Source of the DNA: a virus
Taxonomy: Duplodnaviria; Heunggongvirae; Uroviricota; Caudoviricetes
DNA: 64,000 nucleotides
Virus record (IMG/VR): IMGVR_UViG_3300032116_012976
Reading direction: 5' to 3' (one strand)
Shown: positions 37,708-46,656 of the stretch, piece after piece
Numbering within the stretch: the stretch's first letter is position 1
How the letters are laid out: every line of letters starts with the position of its first letter
Translations under genes and position numbers: made by a program
Notes under the pieces: generated by a model
The model's database searches: none
What the model saw: only the letters and a program-made list of their open reading frames with translations
Told to the model about the DNA's origin: nothing

Positions 37708-38464
37708 TCACGCTTAAATGCCAACCTAGCTGTTGATTGACAGCCTGGCGTTGTGCATCGCTCATGGCAGCAAACCATGGTTCCAACACATAATTTCCTT
37801 GTTTGTACTGCTCTACATTGTACATAAAACAGTAATCTTGCTTGATGCTTTTGATATCAAAGTGTACGTCCAGCAGTTTTTGTATTTCTCCTTGACTGTA
37901 AACTCTGGCATATGGGCAGTTGTCTTGCGCTTCAAACTGGTCCAGCCCAGACTGAATCATTGCCCATTTCCAACTGTTGCGAGCATACACTAGGAAACGA
38001 AACTCCCCATCAGATGCTAGACTTGCGTAAGCATTGCTGACCACTTGTTCTACATTGGGATAGTGATGCAATACACCACAAGCATACACCATATCAAATT
38101 GTCCTAGCCCTGCAACACGCTGACTGTCGCCTGCGTCCATGTGATAGAATTCAGCATCTAATCCCATAACAGTAAATCTCTGCTCACAAAGTTCTATGCT
38201 ACGACTGCTAAGATCAATCCCAACGTATTCAGCACCATGCCGTACAAATTGTTCAGCATCAGATCCAATGCCGCATCCTAGTTCTAGCACCCGCCGTCCC
38301 TTGCAGTTTTCAAAGTCGGCCAACTGCCACAAATGCGGCCCAACAAACCATCTACGACGATTGATGTTGTTCCAAAATTCTTCTGTGCCTTCTGGTGCCA
38401 ACCCATGCTTTATATTACAAGGTTGTTGATCCCAGTACTGTTCTATTTGAGTAATTGTAGCCAT
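37691..38464 (-). CDS. class I SAM-dependent methyltransferase
   Basis: Motif I RVLELGCGIGSD. Length 257 aa. Confidence 0.6.
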   Translation of the reverse strand: MATITQIEQYWDQQPCNIKHGLAPEGTEEFWNNINRRRWFVGPHLWQLADFENCKGRRVLELGCGIGSDAEQFVRHGAEYVGIDLSSRSIELCEQRFTVMGLDAEFYHMDAGDSQRVAGLGQFDMVYACGVLHHYPNVEQVVSNAYASLASDGEFRFLVYARNSWKWAMIQSGLDQFEAQDNCPYARVYSQGEIQKLLDVHFDIKSIKQDYCFMYNVEQYKQGNYVLEPWFAAMSDAQRQAVNQQLGWHLSVIAAKQ

Positions 38465-38502
38465 ACAGTGTATTTAAAAGTCTGTGCAAGCTACATTAAA
38501 TT

Positions 38503-38579
38503 TGGTGCCCCAGAGGAGACTCGAACTCCTAAAATTTGGCTTCTAAGACCAACACGTATACCAATTCCGTCACCGGGGC
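38503..38579 (-). tRNA. tRNA with anticodon TAG (Leu) on a class-I scaffold
   Basis: The acceptor/D-arm GCCCCGGTGACGGAA.TGG.ATACGTG is nearly identical to that of the tRNA at 37224. Anticodon loop CTTAGAA. Confidence 0.5.
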
Positions 38580-38795
38580 TTAAATACATCATGCAAACCA
38601 AACAAGACTCCATCAAAAAAATAGAGCGTTTGCTTGCAATGGAAACATTGGGCAAAACGTTTGTGACCAAACAACAACAGTTGGCCTACGAGCGCGGATA
38701 TCTAACAGGCTTGCTGGCTGCTATGGCCTACAACGACAATTCAGTCGAGCATGTGGTGAATCAACGCATCAAACATCTTACACCTAAAATCTAAC

Positions 38796-38871
<76 letters not shown>

Positions 38872-38876
38872 ATGAA

Positions 38877-38951
38877 TGGTGGGTGATGAGAGGATCGAAC
38901 TCCCGACAAACTGCGTGTAAGGCAGCGACTCTACCGCTGAGCTAATCACCC
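38877..38951 (-). tRNA. tRNA-Val(TAC)
   Basis: Anticodon loop CTTACAC. T-arm GGGAGTTCGATCCTC. Confidence 0.65.
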
Positions 38952-38956
38952 GTATA

Positions 38957-39047
38957 TGGTGGAAGTGGTGAGATTCGAACTCACGGACCCCTTTCGGAGC
39001 CGGCAGTTTTCAAGACTGCTGCAATCAACCAACTCTGCCACACTTCC
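38957..39047 (-). tRNA. tRNA-Ser(TGA)
   Basis: A long variable arm. Anticodon loop CTTGAAA. T-arm GTGAGTTCGAATCTCAC. Confidence 0.65.
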
Positions 39048-39240
39048 TAAAAAATTAAAAAAGATACTGCTTTGCGTTTAAAGGTACTGAACATCCTTTC
39101 GGGTAGCTCACATCCTTCCTGGCACATGGTTCGACTGTGACTAGCAGTCTGGAACTTAATCCCAGCGGCACCTGGATAACGTTAAGGTCCCTAGCAGTTG
39201 GGCCCATAGTCAATGAGTTTTTCACACATCTTTTCTAAAC

Positions 39241-39316
39241 TTGGAGTAGGTGACAGGACTCGAACCTGCATTATACGGATTTGCAATCCGGCGCCTAGCC
39301 ATTCGGCACACACCTA
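39241..39316 (-). tRNA. tRNA-Cys(GCA)
   Basis: Anticodon loop TTGCAAA. T-arm GCAGGTTCGAGTCCTGT. Confidence 0.55.
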
Positions 39317-39322
39317 CATCTA

Positions 39323-39399
39323 TTGGTCGGAGTACGAGGGTTCGAACCTCGGACCTCCTGGTCCCAAACCAGGCGCACTACCAGGCTGTGCTATACTCC
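39323..39399 (-). tRNA. tRNA-Pro(TGG)
   Basis: Anticodon stem CCTGG/CCAGG. Anticodon loop TTTGGGA. Confidence 0.65.
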
Positions 39400-39406
39400 G
39401 TGTATT

Positions 39407-39625
39407 TTATTTTACTTTGGGTTCTTGACTTTTGTCAAGTTCATGGGGTTCAGCAAATCTTGTGCCGTGGCCCAGATTCCAACTGTCTGCTGTGAAAATT
39501 TTTACAGGCTTCCAGTAACGACTTATGATGTTGTTGACAGCAACAGCCGCCGCCACAATCACTACAAATCCTATTGCTGTCAAAATACTACCAGCTAAGA
39601 ATACAGCCGCTTGATCCATGTCCAT
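39407..39625 (-). CDS. small hydrophobic (membrane) protein embedded in the tRNA array
   Basis: A 72-aa ORF with the hydrophobic core AVFLAGSILTAIGFVVIVAAAVAV. RBS AAGGAAC 7 nt upstream of the ATG. Confidence 0.35.
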   Translation of the reverse strand: MDMDQAAVFLAGSILTAIGFVVIVAAAVAVNNIISRYWKPVKIFTADSWNLGHGTRFAEPHELDKSQEPKVK

Positions 39626-39638
39626 TGTTTGTTCCTTG

Positions 39639-39712
39639 TGGAGCAGGGTAGGGGAATCGAACCCCTCGCTTTAGCTTGGAAGGCTAAGGTATTACCACTA
39701 TACGAACCCTGC
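39639..39712 (-). tRNA. tRNA-Gly(TCC)
   Basis: Anticodon loop CTTCCAA. T-arm GGGGTTCGATTCCCC. Confidence 0.65.
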
Positions 39713-39760
39713 GTTAAAATACTTATTATACAACACTCAGACACTGTTGTAAAGATCATT

Positions 39761-39835
39761 TGGTTGCCATGGACAGTTTCGAAATGTCGACCTATCGCTT
39801 ATCAAGCGATTGCTCTTCCTCTGAGCTACACGGCA
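39761..39835 (-). tRNA. tRNA-Ile(GAT)
   Basis: Anticodon loop TTGATAA. D-arm GCTCAGAGGAAGAGC. The T-arm is aberrant/palindromic (GACATTTCGAAACTGTC). Confidence 0.55.
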
Positions 39836-39841
39836 AAAACT

Positions 39842-39915
39842 TGGCACGGGTACTAGGGCTCGAACCTAGAATGACAGAGTCAAAGTCTGTAGTGTTACCA
39901 TTACACTATACCCGA
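39842..39915 (-). tRNA. tRNA-Gln(TTG)
   Basis: Anticodon loop CTTTGAC. A T1:T72 mismatch at the top of the acceptor stem. Confidence 0.55.
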
Positions 39916-39925
39916 ACAAAAACTA

Positions 39926-40002
39926 TTTGGTGGATGTAAGTAGAGTCGAACTACCACTTGACTCCGTATGAAGGAGGCGCACTACCATTATGCTATACAT
40001 CC
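39926..40002 (-). tRNA. tRNA with anticodon CAT (Met or Ile2)
   Basis: Anticodon loop TTCATAC. T-arm GTAGTTCGACTCTAC. Confidence 0.6.
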
Positions 40003-40006
40003 ATGT

Positions 40007-40098
40007 TGGTACCCCCACCGGGAGTCGAACCCAGATGAACCAATTATCTGTTGCTTACGGGATATAAATCCGCCGTTTTACCATTAAACTATAGGGGC
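40007..40098 (-). tRNA. class-II-like tRNA (92 nt), anticodon unresolved (candidate UAU)
   Basis: The acceptor, D-arm (TAGTTTAATGGTAAAAC) and T-arm (CTGGGTTCGACTCCCGG) are clear. There is a 25-nt variable arm. The anticodon arm GCGGA-TTTATAT-CCCGT folds imperfectly. Confidence 0.4.
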
Positions 40099-40103
40099 AT
40101 GTC

Positions 40104-40188
40104 TGGGGTGTCGTATGAGAATCGAACTCATGACAGCGGAATCACAACCCGCGGTTTTGCCACTAAACTAACGTCACCATATAGGAAC
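40104..40188 (-). tRNA. tRNA-His(GTG) with encoded G-1
   Basis: Anticodon loop TTGTGAT. An extra 5' G pairs with C73, which is the bacterial His identity element. Confidence 0.65.
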
Positions 40189-40266
40189 ACACTCAGGCGT
40201 AGTAGTTCGTTAGCCCACTAAGATACACGGCTACCACCCGTGTCATTAGTTGAATGTGTTTTTATA

Positions 40267-40341
40267 TGGTAGGGGCGCCGGGATTCGAACCCGAAATTGG
40301 CAGATTAAAAGTCTGCTGTGATACCGTTTCACCACACCCCC
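40267..40341 (-). tRNA. tRNA-Lys(TTT)
   Basis: Anticodon loop CTTTTAA. T-arm TCGGGTTCGAATCCCGG. Confidence 0.65.
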
Positions 40342-40402
40342 GGTATCTTGTCACTCTTGTCACTATTCATGACAGACTCTCCTTTTTAAAATAAGTATTT
40401 GA

Positions 40403-41527
40403 ATGAACAAATATTGTCCAAAACCATTTGTTAGTATTCATATGTATACTGATAAAGATCTCAATCCAACTGTTAGGCCTTGTTGCAATTACAAACCTAT
40501 CAAGCAGTACGCAACGATTAATGATTATTTGCAATCATCTGAACTAGCGTCTCTTCAGCAACATTTGCTTACAAAAGAATCATTGCCAGATGGATGCAAG
40601 GCATGCAAAGTAGACGAAGATAATAACTTGCCTAGTATCCGAAACAAGTATATTAAAGTGTTTGAGCATGAAACCAAAACTAAAATTGTTGACTTGGAAA
40701 TTTTCCCTGGCAACGCATGTAATCTCAGTTGCTTGTCGTGCAATCCTTCTCATAGTACCAAATCAGGTCAGGAATATGCCAAACTTGGATGGATTAAACA
40801 ATCAATAGTGATCAATCACGAAGATCATGCACTTGAAGTTATTAAACAGTTGCCAGACCTTAAATCAATAGGTTTTATTGGCGGCGAATTTTTTGTAACC
40901 AAACACAATATTGAATTGCTCGATGCGGTTATTGAAAAAAATCTTAAAACACGAATTATTACCAATGCCACTCAACTAACCAAAAAACATCTTGAGCGGT
41001 TACAAAAAATATCTGACCTTGATGTGATGGTTAGTGTAGACGGTACTGGGCCAACATTTGAATTTTTACGCTATCCGGCACAATGGTCAGTTGTGCAATC
41101 AAACATTGTTGCACTACAACAGGCATTGCCCGGAGCAAAGATACATTTGTCGGCAGTGTTGCAATTTTTAAATTTGCAAAATATCATTGAACTGTTTGAA
41201 TACGCCAATGTCCGTCGACTGCCATTTAATGTGATCCCTTTATCTTATCCTGTTTGGCTACAGTCAGAAGTGCTTACCACTCTCGAACGTCAGCAGTTGA
41301 TTGCAGTTATACAAAAACAACTAACAGTTGCAAAACTTACCAAAACACAAAAACAGTTAATGACTGATACATGTAGTATGCTAGAAACAATACAGCACTC
41401 ACCTGCTCAACGAGAACAGTTTGTGTCTCGAACAAGCCAGCTGATTCGACTGCGCAACATCACACAACACACAATCAACTCAGTGTTTGGTGTGCTAGAA
41501 AATTTAGCGCAAGAAGTTATACAATAG
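40403..41527 (+). CDS. radical SAM enzyme, paralog 6 (inside the tRNA array)
   Basis: Motif GNACNLSCLSCNP (CxxxCxxC). N-terminal Cys cluster C..CC...CKACK. Motif FIGGEFFV. Block GPTFEFLRYPAQW. Confidence 0.65.
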   Translation: MNKYCPKPFVSIHMYTDKDLNPTVRPCCNYKPIKQYATINDYLQSSELASLQQHLLTKESLPDGCKACKVDEDNNLPSIRNKYIKVFEHETKTKIVDLEIFPGNACNLSCLSCNPSHSTKSGQEYAKLGWIKQSIVINHEDHALEVIKQLPDLKSIGFIGGEFFVTKHNIELLDAVIEKNLKTRIITNATQLTKKHLERLQKISDLDVMVSVDGTGPTFEFLRYPAQWSVVQSNIVALQQALPGAKIHLSAVLQFLNLQNIIELFEYANVRRLPFNVIPLSYPVWLQSEVLTTLERQQLIAVIQKQLTVAKLTKTQKQLMTDTCSMLETIQHSPAQREQFVSRTSQLIRLRNITQHTINSVFGVLENLAQEVIQ

Positions 41528-41567
41528 CCAGGGACCTAACTCGTCAAGGGAGAGTATGGCTATGTGT

Positions 41568-41645
41568 TGGTACCACCTGAGAGATTCGAACTCCCCGCCC
41601 CTGCGTTCGTAGCACAGTGCTCTAATCCAAATGAGCTAAGGTGGT
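41568..41645 (-). tRNA. tRNA-Arg(ACG)
   Basis: Anticodon loop CTACGAA. D-arm GCTCATTTGGATTAGAGC. Confidence 0.6.
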
Positions 41646-41856
41646 GTATTGAATTTGAGAGTAGTAGCATCACTGTTATTGCTACCATTGACCCGTGTAA
41701 TAAAGCCGGCCGGGAGGGTGATACGTCACTTGGAATACTTAACACACAGATTGATTACTTAGTTGTGTACGGAATCACGCCGCCCGTGCTTTACACTAGG
41801 TTGACCTTCGAAGAATCTTCCTAGCGTGTCTTTCTCTTGCTGACACTCTCAAAACT

Positions 41857-41930
41857 TGGTGCCCCACGACAGAATCGAACTGCCATCACAGGATTACAAA
41901 ACCAGTGTACTACCATTGTACTAGTAGGGC
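41857..41930 (-). tRNA. tRNA with anticodon TGT (Thr); the anticodon stem carries two mismatches
   Basis: Position counting from both ends gives the loop TTTGTAA. The stem CTGGT/TCCTG has T:T mismatches. Confidence 0.45.
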
Positions 41931-41936
41931 GAATTG

Positions 41937-42026
41937 TGGTGGAAGACTAGGGAGTCGAACCCTATGACCCTATTACTAGAATCTACAGATTAGCAATCTG
42001 CTGCATTACCGTCCTGCCCGTCTTCC
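41937..42026 (-). tRNA. tRNA-Ser(GCT)
   Basis: A long variable arm. Anticodon loop TTGCTAA. Confidence 0.6.
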
Positions 42027-42031
42027 TGACT

Positions 42032-42107
42032 TGGCTCCCCAGCGTGGGATCGAACCACGGACACCTTGATTAACAGTCAAGTGCAACTACCGCTGTGCTA
42101 CTAGGGA
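42032..42107 (-). tRNA. tRNA-Asn(GTT)
   Basis: Anticodon stem CTTGA/TCAAG. Anticodon loop CTGTTAA. Confidence 0.65.
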
Positions 42108-42147
42108 ATAATCTACTTAGTAGGCACTCGAGCCTACTACAAAAATA

Positions 42148-42240
42148 TGGTGGAGCAACTTGGAGTCGAACCAAGAATGTTTACCACGAGGGGACGGATT
42201 TACAGTCCGCCGATGCACACGCCATAGCATCAATTGCTCC
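42148..42240 (-). tRNA. tRNA-Tyr(GTA), class II
   Basis: A long variable arm. Anticodon loop CTGTAAA. Confidence 0.6.
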
Positions 42241-42245
42241 ATATT

Positions 42246-42320
42246 TGGTGGACCGGCGGGGGATCGAACCCCGACTAAAGGCTTGCAAAGCCCCTGTGCT
42301 CCCATTATCACTACCAGCCC
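42246..42320 (-). tRNA. tRNA-Ala(TGC)
   Basis: Anticodon loop TTTGCAA. The G3:U70 Ala identity pair is present. Confidence 0.65.
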
Positions 42321-42326
42321 AAATTT

Positions 42327-42400
42327 TGGCATCCCGGGAGGGACTCGAACCCCCACGAACGGTTTTGGAGACCGTCATGCTGCCATTACACCACCGAGAC
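42327..42400 (-). tRNA. tRNA-Trp(CCA)
   Basis: Anticodon stem ACGGT/ACCGT. Anticodon loop CTCCAAA. Confidence 0.65.
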
Positions 42401-42574
42401 ATAATTTTAACACACTCTTGCGAATGTGTGTATTAAAACATTCTAAACTACTTAGGCTGCCTGTTTGTAAAGAATGTTTTAATACGCTCGGATTTTTTTA
42501 TGTACAAGAACATAAGCCATCCCCGAGGCCGCCCATTTGTAGTTTAGAGTGATACAGGCTCGCGTTGCCGTTGC

Positions 42575-42612
42575 ACTAAATGAAAAAACCCAGGGTTTTT
42601 ACGCCTGGGTCC
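42575..42612. terminator. terminator-like hairpin
   Basis: aaaaaacccaggg-ttttta-cgcctgggtcc. Confidence 0.35.
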
Positions 42613-42809
42613 TTGGGTAAGATACGGTTGTATACTACTTAGGACCCTCTGCCTCCTGGAATGCTATTCATGCGACCATAGGCGTGTGACCAAACTGGTG
42701 TCTGGGCAAACTTGGGTAGCAGTGAACAATATTGTGTTTTCATCATAAGTCCTATTGTACAGTATTTACCTTTTGAGGTCAACCACTGTGTTAAAGTTAT
42801 TTAGCCTTT

Positions 42810-42884
42810 CGGCTGAATTGGTTGCGGGGGAAGGAATCGAACCTCCGTCTCCCAGGTTATGAGCCTGGTGGTCTACCGCTGACG
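42810..42884 (-). tRNA. tRNA-fMet(CAT), putative initiator
   Basis: Anticodon loop CTCATAA. A C1:A72 mismatch, as in bacterial initiator tRNA. The anticodon stem CCAGG/CCTGG has two of the three initiator G:C pairs. Confidence 0.55.
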
Positions 42885-44014
42885 TACCCCGCGATTGAAT
42901 TATTTATATAGAAACACACTCTATGCTTGGGGAACAATTCATTGAATTGAGCAACCACCAACGGGTACGGAGTGCGTTTGTATATAAAGTGGCGGACTGA
43001 GAATACATCCTAACCCAGTAACACCTCGGACATTATTACAAACCTTGCGAGTCTGCTTTCTTCCGATTTCCACTGCAACCATATTGCTATGTATCACAGT
43101 CTGTTACCAGTATCGCCGTTTTTAAAGACAGGCAGTAGTCTTGTCATCACATGCTACTCTACACCATCTATCCCGTTGACCTTTAGAGCCATTCACTGTC
43201 GCTAAACAGTTACGAAACTTCCAGTATAAACAGATTTCACCTTGCGAGTTACGTCTGACTGTATTGCCTTGCGGCTACAGCATTAGATACTTTTCACACA
43301 TGACCGAGTCAGTCTTTGCTTTTATGTTAGATAGTGGTTTTGAAGCCACAGCCTATTCCTTAACAGGGAATTGCTCTACGATGAGCTATATCAACCTACT
43401 GCGATGTGCTGACTCAGTTGCTTCATACTCTTTTGGAATACAAAATACAACACACCACGTTCCTTTTGTCTTGCGAACTACTCAGACGTCTTTTGCGATC
43501 AGTGTCGGGTCTCGGCTTTCGCGTACCTCCACCAACCACTCAAACTGCATACGAGCCCTTGGGTGCAACCCCTCGGACCGATACGCTACCCTTTCTCATA
43601 CCAATTAACTGGGCTGGTTTTGTATAGAAGTCAGCACCACCTGTTACTTTTCTGCAACTCCGGTTACCCTTGCGGGCCGGTAAGTTACAGCTCTTTCCTA
43701 TACTCCCAGCGTCATTGTTACAACCACCGGTCTTATCAGTGATCGGATCCTCACGGACCTGAGCAGGCTTGTTTACATGAACCATTGCTGGCGGACTTAT
43801 GTAGGCATACATCCTTTGGCTGGGTCACCCCAGTTATTCTTCGTACAGCTGGGCGAACCATACTGCACAGGACAATAAACTGCCCTATGTATCTATTGTA
43901 AGACAAACGTCTTTTGTTGTCAAACAGTTTTGGATAAATTTGTTGTTTATCTATCCAAAATAGTCTGTAACAGTTTTCTGCAGTCGTGTTACAGTGGGCA
44001 AATAAGTACCCCAC

Positions 44015-44986
44015 ATGATCACTGAAATCTTAACCTATCACCACAGTCTCGACTGGAACATTGAACAATTCGTTGATAGCACATGTCTAGCAAACATTGT
44101 TCAGCCACACTGGCCAATGGTAACTTCTTCCAAAGGAGGATTGATACCAACAAATAAACCCAGCCGAGACTTTTTTGAGCTCAATAAAAAACGAGGACGT
44201 CCTACTGAACTTAGGAACAGTACCATTGACGCCTTGGTCAGTCTTGTGGCAACAAAATTGCATCTCAACGGATTTGTTACGAATGTGGTAGCAGAATGCA
44301 GTGGAAGCATGCATGCCTTGTACACTGCATCCATGGTGAGCTTGCAACACCAATTACCAGTGATTGTTTTTTGTGCTGATAATTTAGTTGATGACGAACT
44401 TCACATGTGGCGATTTGCCAGTATGGGTGCATTGGATCAATCCTCAGGAAGAGCATTTGACTCAACCAGTACTGGATTTCGAATGGGTAGAGGCATGGCT
44501 GCAATGTTGATAAAACATCCAAGTGTAAAATTCAACATGAGTGCATTTGCCACAATCAGCAATTATATCTTTCGTACCAACCCCACACTCATAGCCAATC
44601 CAGGTGATGCGCACCAATTGGCCAGAGATATTTCTGGCATCAATTTTGACACCATTGATTTTTGGAATGCACATGCAACAGGCACTCCAGTGGGAGATCA
44701 ATTTGAGTACAATGTTTTTAATTCTTTAGTTCACAAAGACATACCTATTGTCAGCTACAAAAGCCGCATAGGGCACTGTATCTCAGCCAGCGGCGCCATT
44801 GAAATGTGCATGAGTTTTGACGATTACCGTGCAAAAACCCTAAGACCCAATGTGTTAGCTGGTGATCTCATAGTCAAAGATTCAAGGATCATCGTAGATG
44901 CTGTGCCGTTTCCGGGCAAACGCATACTCAAGGCCAATTTTGGATTTGGCGGCAAAAACAGTTTTTGCCAAATTGACATTGAATAG
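44015..44986 (+). CDS. beta-ketoacyl-ACP synthase (FabF/FabB)-like protein lacking the N-terminal ~100 residues; possible gene remnant
   Basis: KAS motifs AECSGSMHAL (active-site Cys region), NAHATGTPVGD, KSRIGHCISASGAIE and NFGFGGKNSF. The alignment to FabF begins around residue 100. It is flanked by more than 1 kb of non-coding sequence on each side. Confidence 0.55.
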   Translation: MITEILTYHHSLDWNIEQFVDSTCLANIVQPHWPMVTSSKGGLIPTNKPSRDFFELNKKRGRPTELRNSTIDALVSLVATKLHLNGFVTNVVAECSGSMHALYTASMVSLQHQLPVIVFCADNLVDDELHMWRFASMGALDQSSGRAFDSTSTGFRMGRGMAAMLIKHPSVKFNMSAFATISNYIFRTNPTLIANPGDAHQLARDISGINFDTIDFWNAHATGTPVGDQFEYNVFNSLVHKDIPIVSYKSRIGHCISASGAIEMCMSFDDYRAKTLRPNVLAGDLIVKDSRIIVDAVPFPGKRILKANFGFGGKNSFCQIDIE

Positions 44987-44988
44987 AT

Positions 44989-45144
44989 TCTATAGTCAAG
45001 CACCGAGAGATGCTCAATTTATGCGTCCTCCGCTAAGAGTGCAATAGCCGATAGCAGTTATATTAGGATCCGTTCCCGGCCGGTTGGACCCGAATAGCGT
45101 AAGCGTCCTTACACGATACCTTTATCGGTGCTTGACTATAAAAA
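44989..45144. repeat. 16-bp perfect inverted repeat pair (tatagtcaagcaccga / tcggtgcttgactata) enclosing ~120 nt directly after the ketosynthase-like ORF
   Basis: Read directly from the sequence. Confidence 0.5.
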
Positions 45145-45596
45145 CTAAAAGTTCGGATTTGAAAATCAAATCCTCCCACTGCTAACTACTGCTTCCCAAT
45201 TTATCGTCCATCGGCACCCGTGGTAGGGCTTGCGATGCTCATCGGCCCTGAGTTCTGGCTCAGGTGATCCTTGGGATAGGACTGCTGGGCCTTGTCCTGC
45301 CCAGCATCAGGAAAATTAGTTGCTCTGCATCCCCCGGCGGTAATTGTAGTGCATCATCTCTTGGGTTGCCCCGCAATTCTCACACACCTTCCACCCGCTT
45401 CCCGACAGGGACCGCTATCGTGTTGCTAACGGCCTTTCGGTAAGAAGACTACCACCCTTGAGAGTCACCTCACTTCTTATCCTGCGGGTCACAGTATCCG
45501 CTAACCAAGCGGAACGTCGGGGAGAAGCCACGGTTGCAGGACCTAGTGCTCTTGCGAGGAAGTGTCCAGGCGATGTGGCTTCAAACTTGAGGCATC

Positions 45597-45676
45597 ATGT
45601 GGGATTCGAACCCACGCAAGAAAACCTTGATGATCATTCAAGGTTGAAGCAAACCACACTCCGTTACATCCTATGA
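45597..45676 (-). ncRNA. tRNA-like remnant or unknown structured RNA
   Basis: Read on the minus strand, a perfect T-arm GTGGGTTCGAATCCCAC and a pairing acceptor (GCGTCAT/ATGATGC) are present. The internal region does not fold as a standard tRNA, and no CCA is encoded. Confidence 0.3.
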
Positions 45677-46063
45677 CGCCATAAACTTGGTGGACAACAA
45701 TGGGAATCTAACCCACTTCTTCCTCGTATGCTATTACGAAGTTTCATACCAGCCTCAGGTAATTGACACATCATGTCCATAAACTTGGCGGTCCCAGGGG
45801 GTAACGATCCCCCTCCTCAGCAGTGACAGTGCTGTGTGCGTCCATGAACACCTTGAGACCAAATTAGGATAAGCTACTGGGTTCCACGCCAGCCCTTAAT
45901 TGAGCAGTTACTCTGTCCATCTCATTTATTCAAAGTCTGTGTGCAGTGAGATTCTGCCTATCAGAGTCTGTAAGGGTAGTCTCCATCCTTACGCTTACGG
46001 TCTTCTGCCACCGGATCTCTATCGCTAATCAAACGCTACTTTAACGAAAGTAGTAACGGGATT

Positions 46064-46138
46064 TGGTAGAGCGTAGGGGAATCGAACCCCTCTTACAGGC
46101 GTGAAAGGCTTGTGTCCTAACCGATAGACGAACGCTCC
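46064..46138 (-). tRNA. tRNA-Glu(TTC)
   Basis: Anticodon loop CTTTCAC. T-arm AGGGGTTCGATTCCCCT. Confidence 0.55.
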
Positions 46139-46473
46139 ATAGTTCACTATATGAAAACACATTAGGGAAGTTCTTGACACGCATCACCAACTTGCATCAA
46201 GACCTCATTACAGGCCCAGTAGTTCCGCCGCCTTCCTGGAGTTTGGTGTAGCCTTATCCCTCACGCTCGATGGTGTCTCGCGCTACTCTTAGGCCCTCCT
46301 GCTTCATGGGTATCCGGCTCGAATCAGCCTTTGTTCACCCCTAACGGACTAGGTAACCCTAATGTGTTTACATATAGTGCCCAGAACTTAATCTGGGGCA
46401 CTATACAAAATTAAATTTTTAACGAACTTCAAAGTAGTTTCGATCAACTGCCTTTGTTTTCTAACTAGTCTCT

Positions 46474-46502
46474 AGTATAGCATCTCCTGCTTTACTGGTC
46501 AA
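46474..46502 (-). promoter_or_regulatory. sigma70-like promoter TTGACC-N17-TGCTATACT (copy 1 of a tandem pair)
   Basis: It lies within a 26-nt direct repeat ttttctaact.gt.tctagtatagca. It is oriented toward tRNA-Glu and the non-coding region. Confidence 0.5.
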
Positions 46503-46572
46503 CTTGTTTTGTAAATGCCCCGCCTTGTTGCAGGGTCTTTACAAACTTCGCTGTTTTTCTAACTTGTGTCTA

Positions 46573-46601
46573 GTATAGCACCAATCCAATTATTGGTCTA
46601 C
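46573..46601 (-). promoter_or_regulatory. sigma70-like promoter TAGACC-N17-TGCTATACT (copy 2, weaker -35)
   Basis: The second copy of the direct repeat. Confidence 0.4.
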
Positions 46602-46607
46602 TGCCAT

Positions 46608-46638
46608 AAAAAAACCCGCCTACTTGGCGGGTTTTTTG
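46608..46638. terminator. bidirectional rho-independent terminator downstream of the porin-like gene
   Basis: aaaaaaacccgcctacttggcgggtttttt. Confidence 0.65.
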
Positions 46639-46656
46639 GTTTGTACTACTTCTGTT

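Noticed and set aside
39050-39240. A missing tRNA-Asp in the gap of the tRNA array
   Set aside because: There are T-loop-like strings (GGTTCGACT), but no fold with an acceptor stem and CCA could be built on either strand.
41560-42552. ORFs 41560..41745, 41564..41824, 42095..42436, 42117..42356, 42160..42552 and 42181..42402
   Set aside because: They overlap tRNA-Arg, Asn, Tyr, Ala and Trp genes and have no RBS.
42900-46650. Group I or group II intron, or a CRISPR array, in the low-coding region
   Set aside because: No domain V-like (GAGC...GTAC) or P7-like motifs were spotted. No regularly spaced identical short repeats are present. Only one 26-nt direct repeat pair (a promoter duplication) was found.
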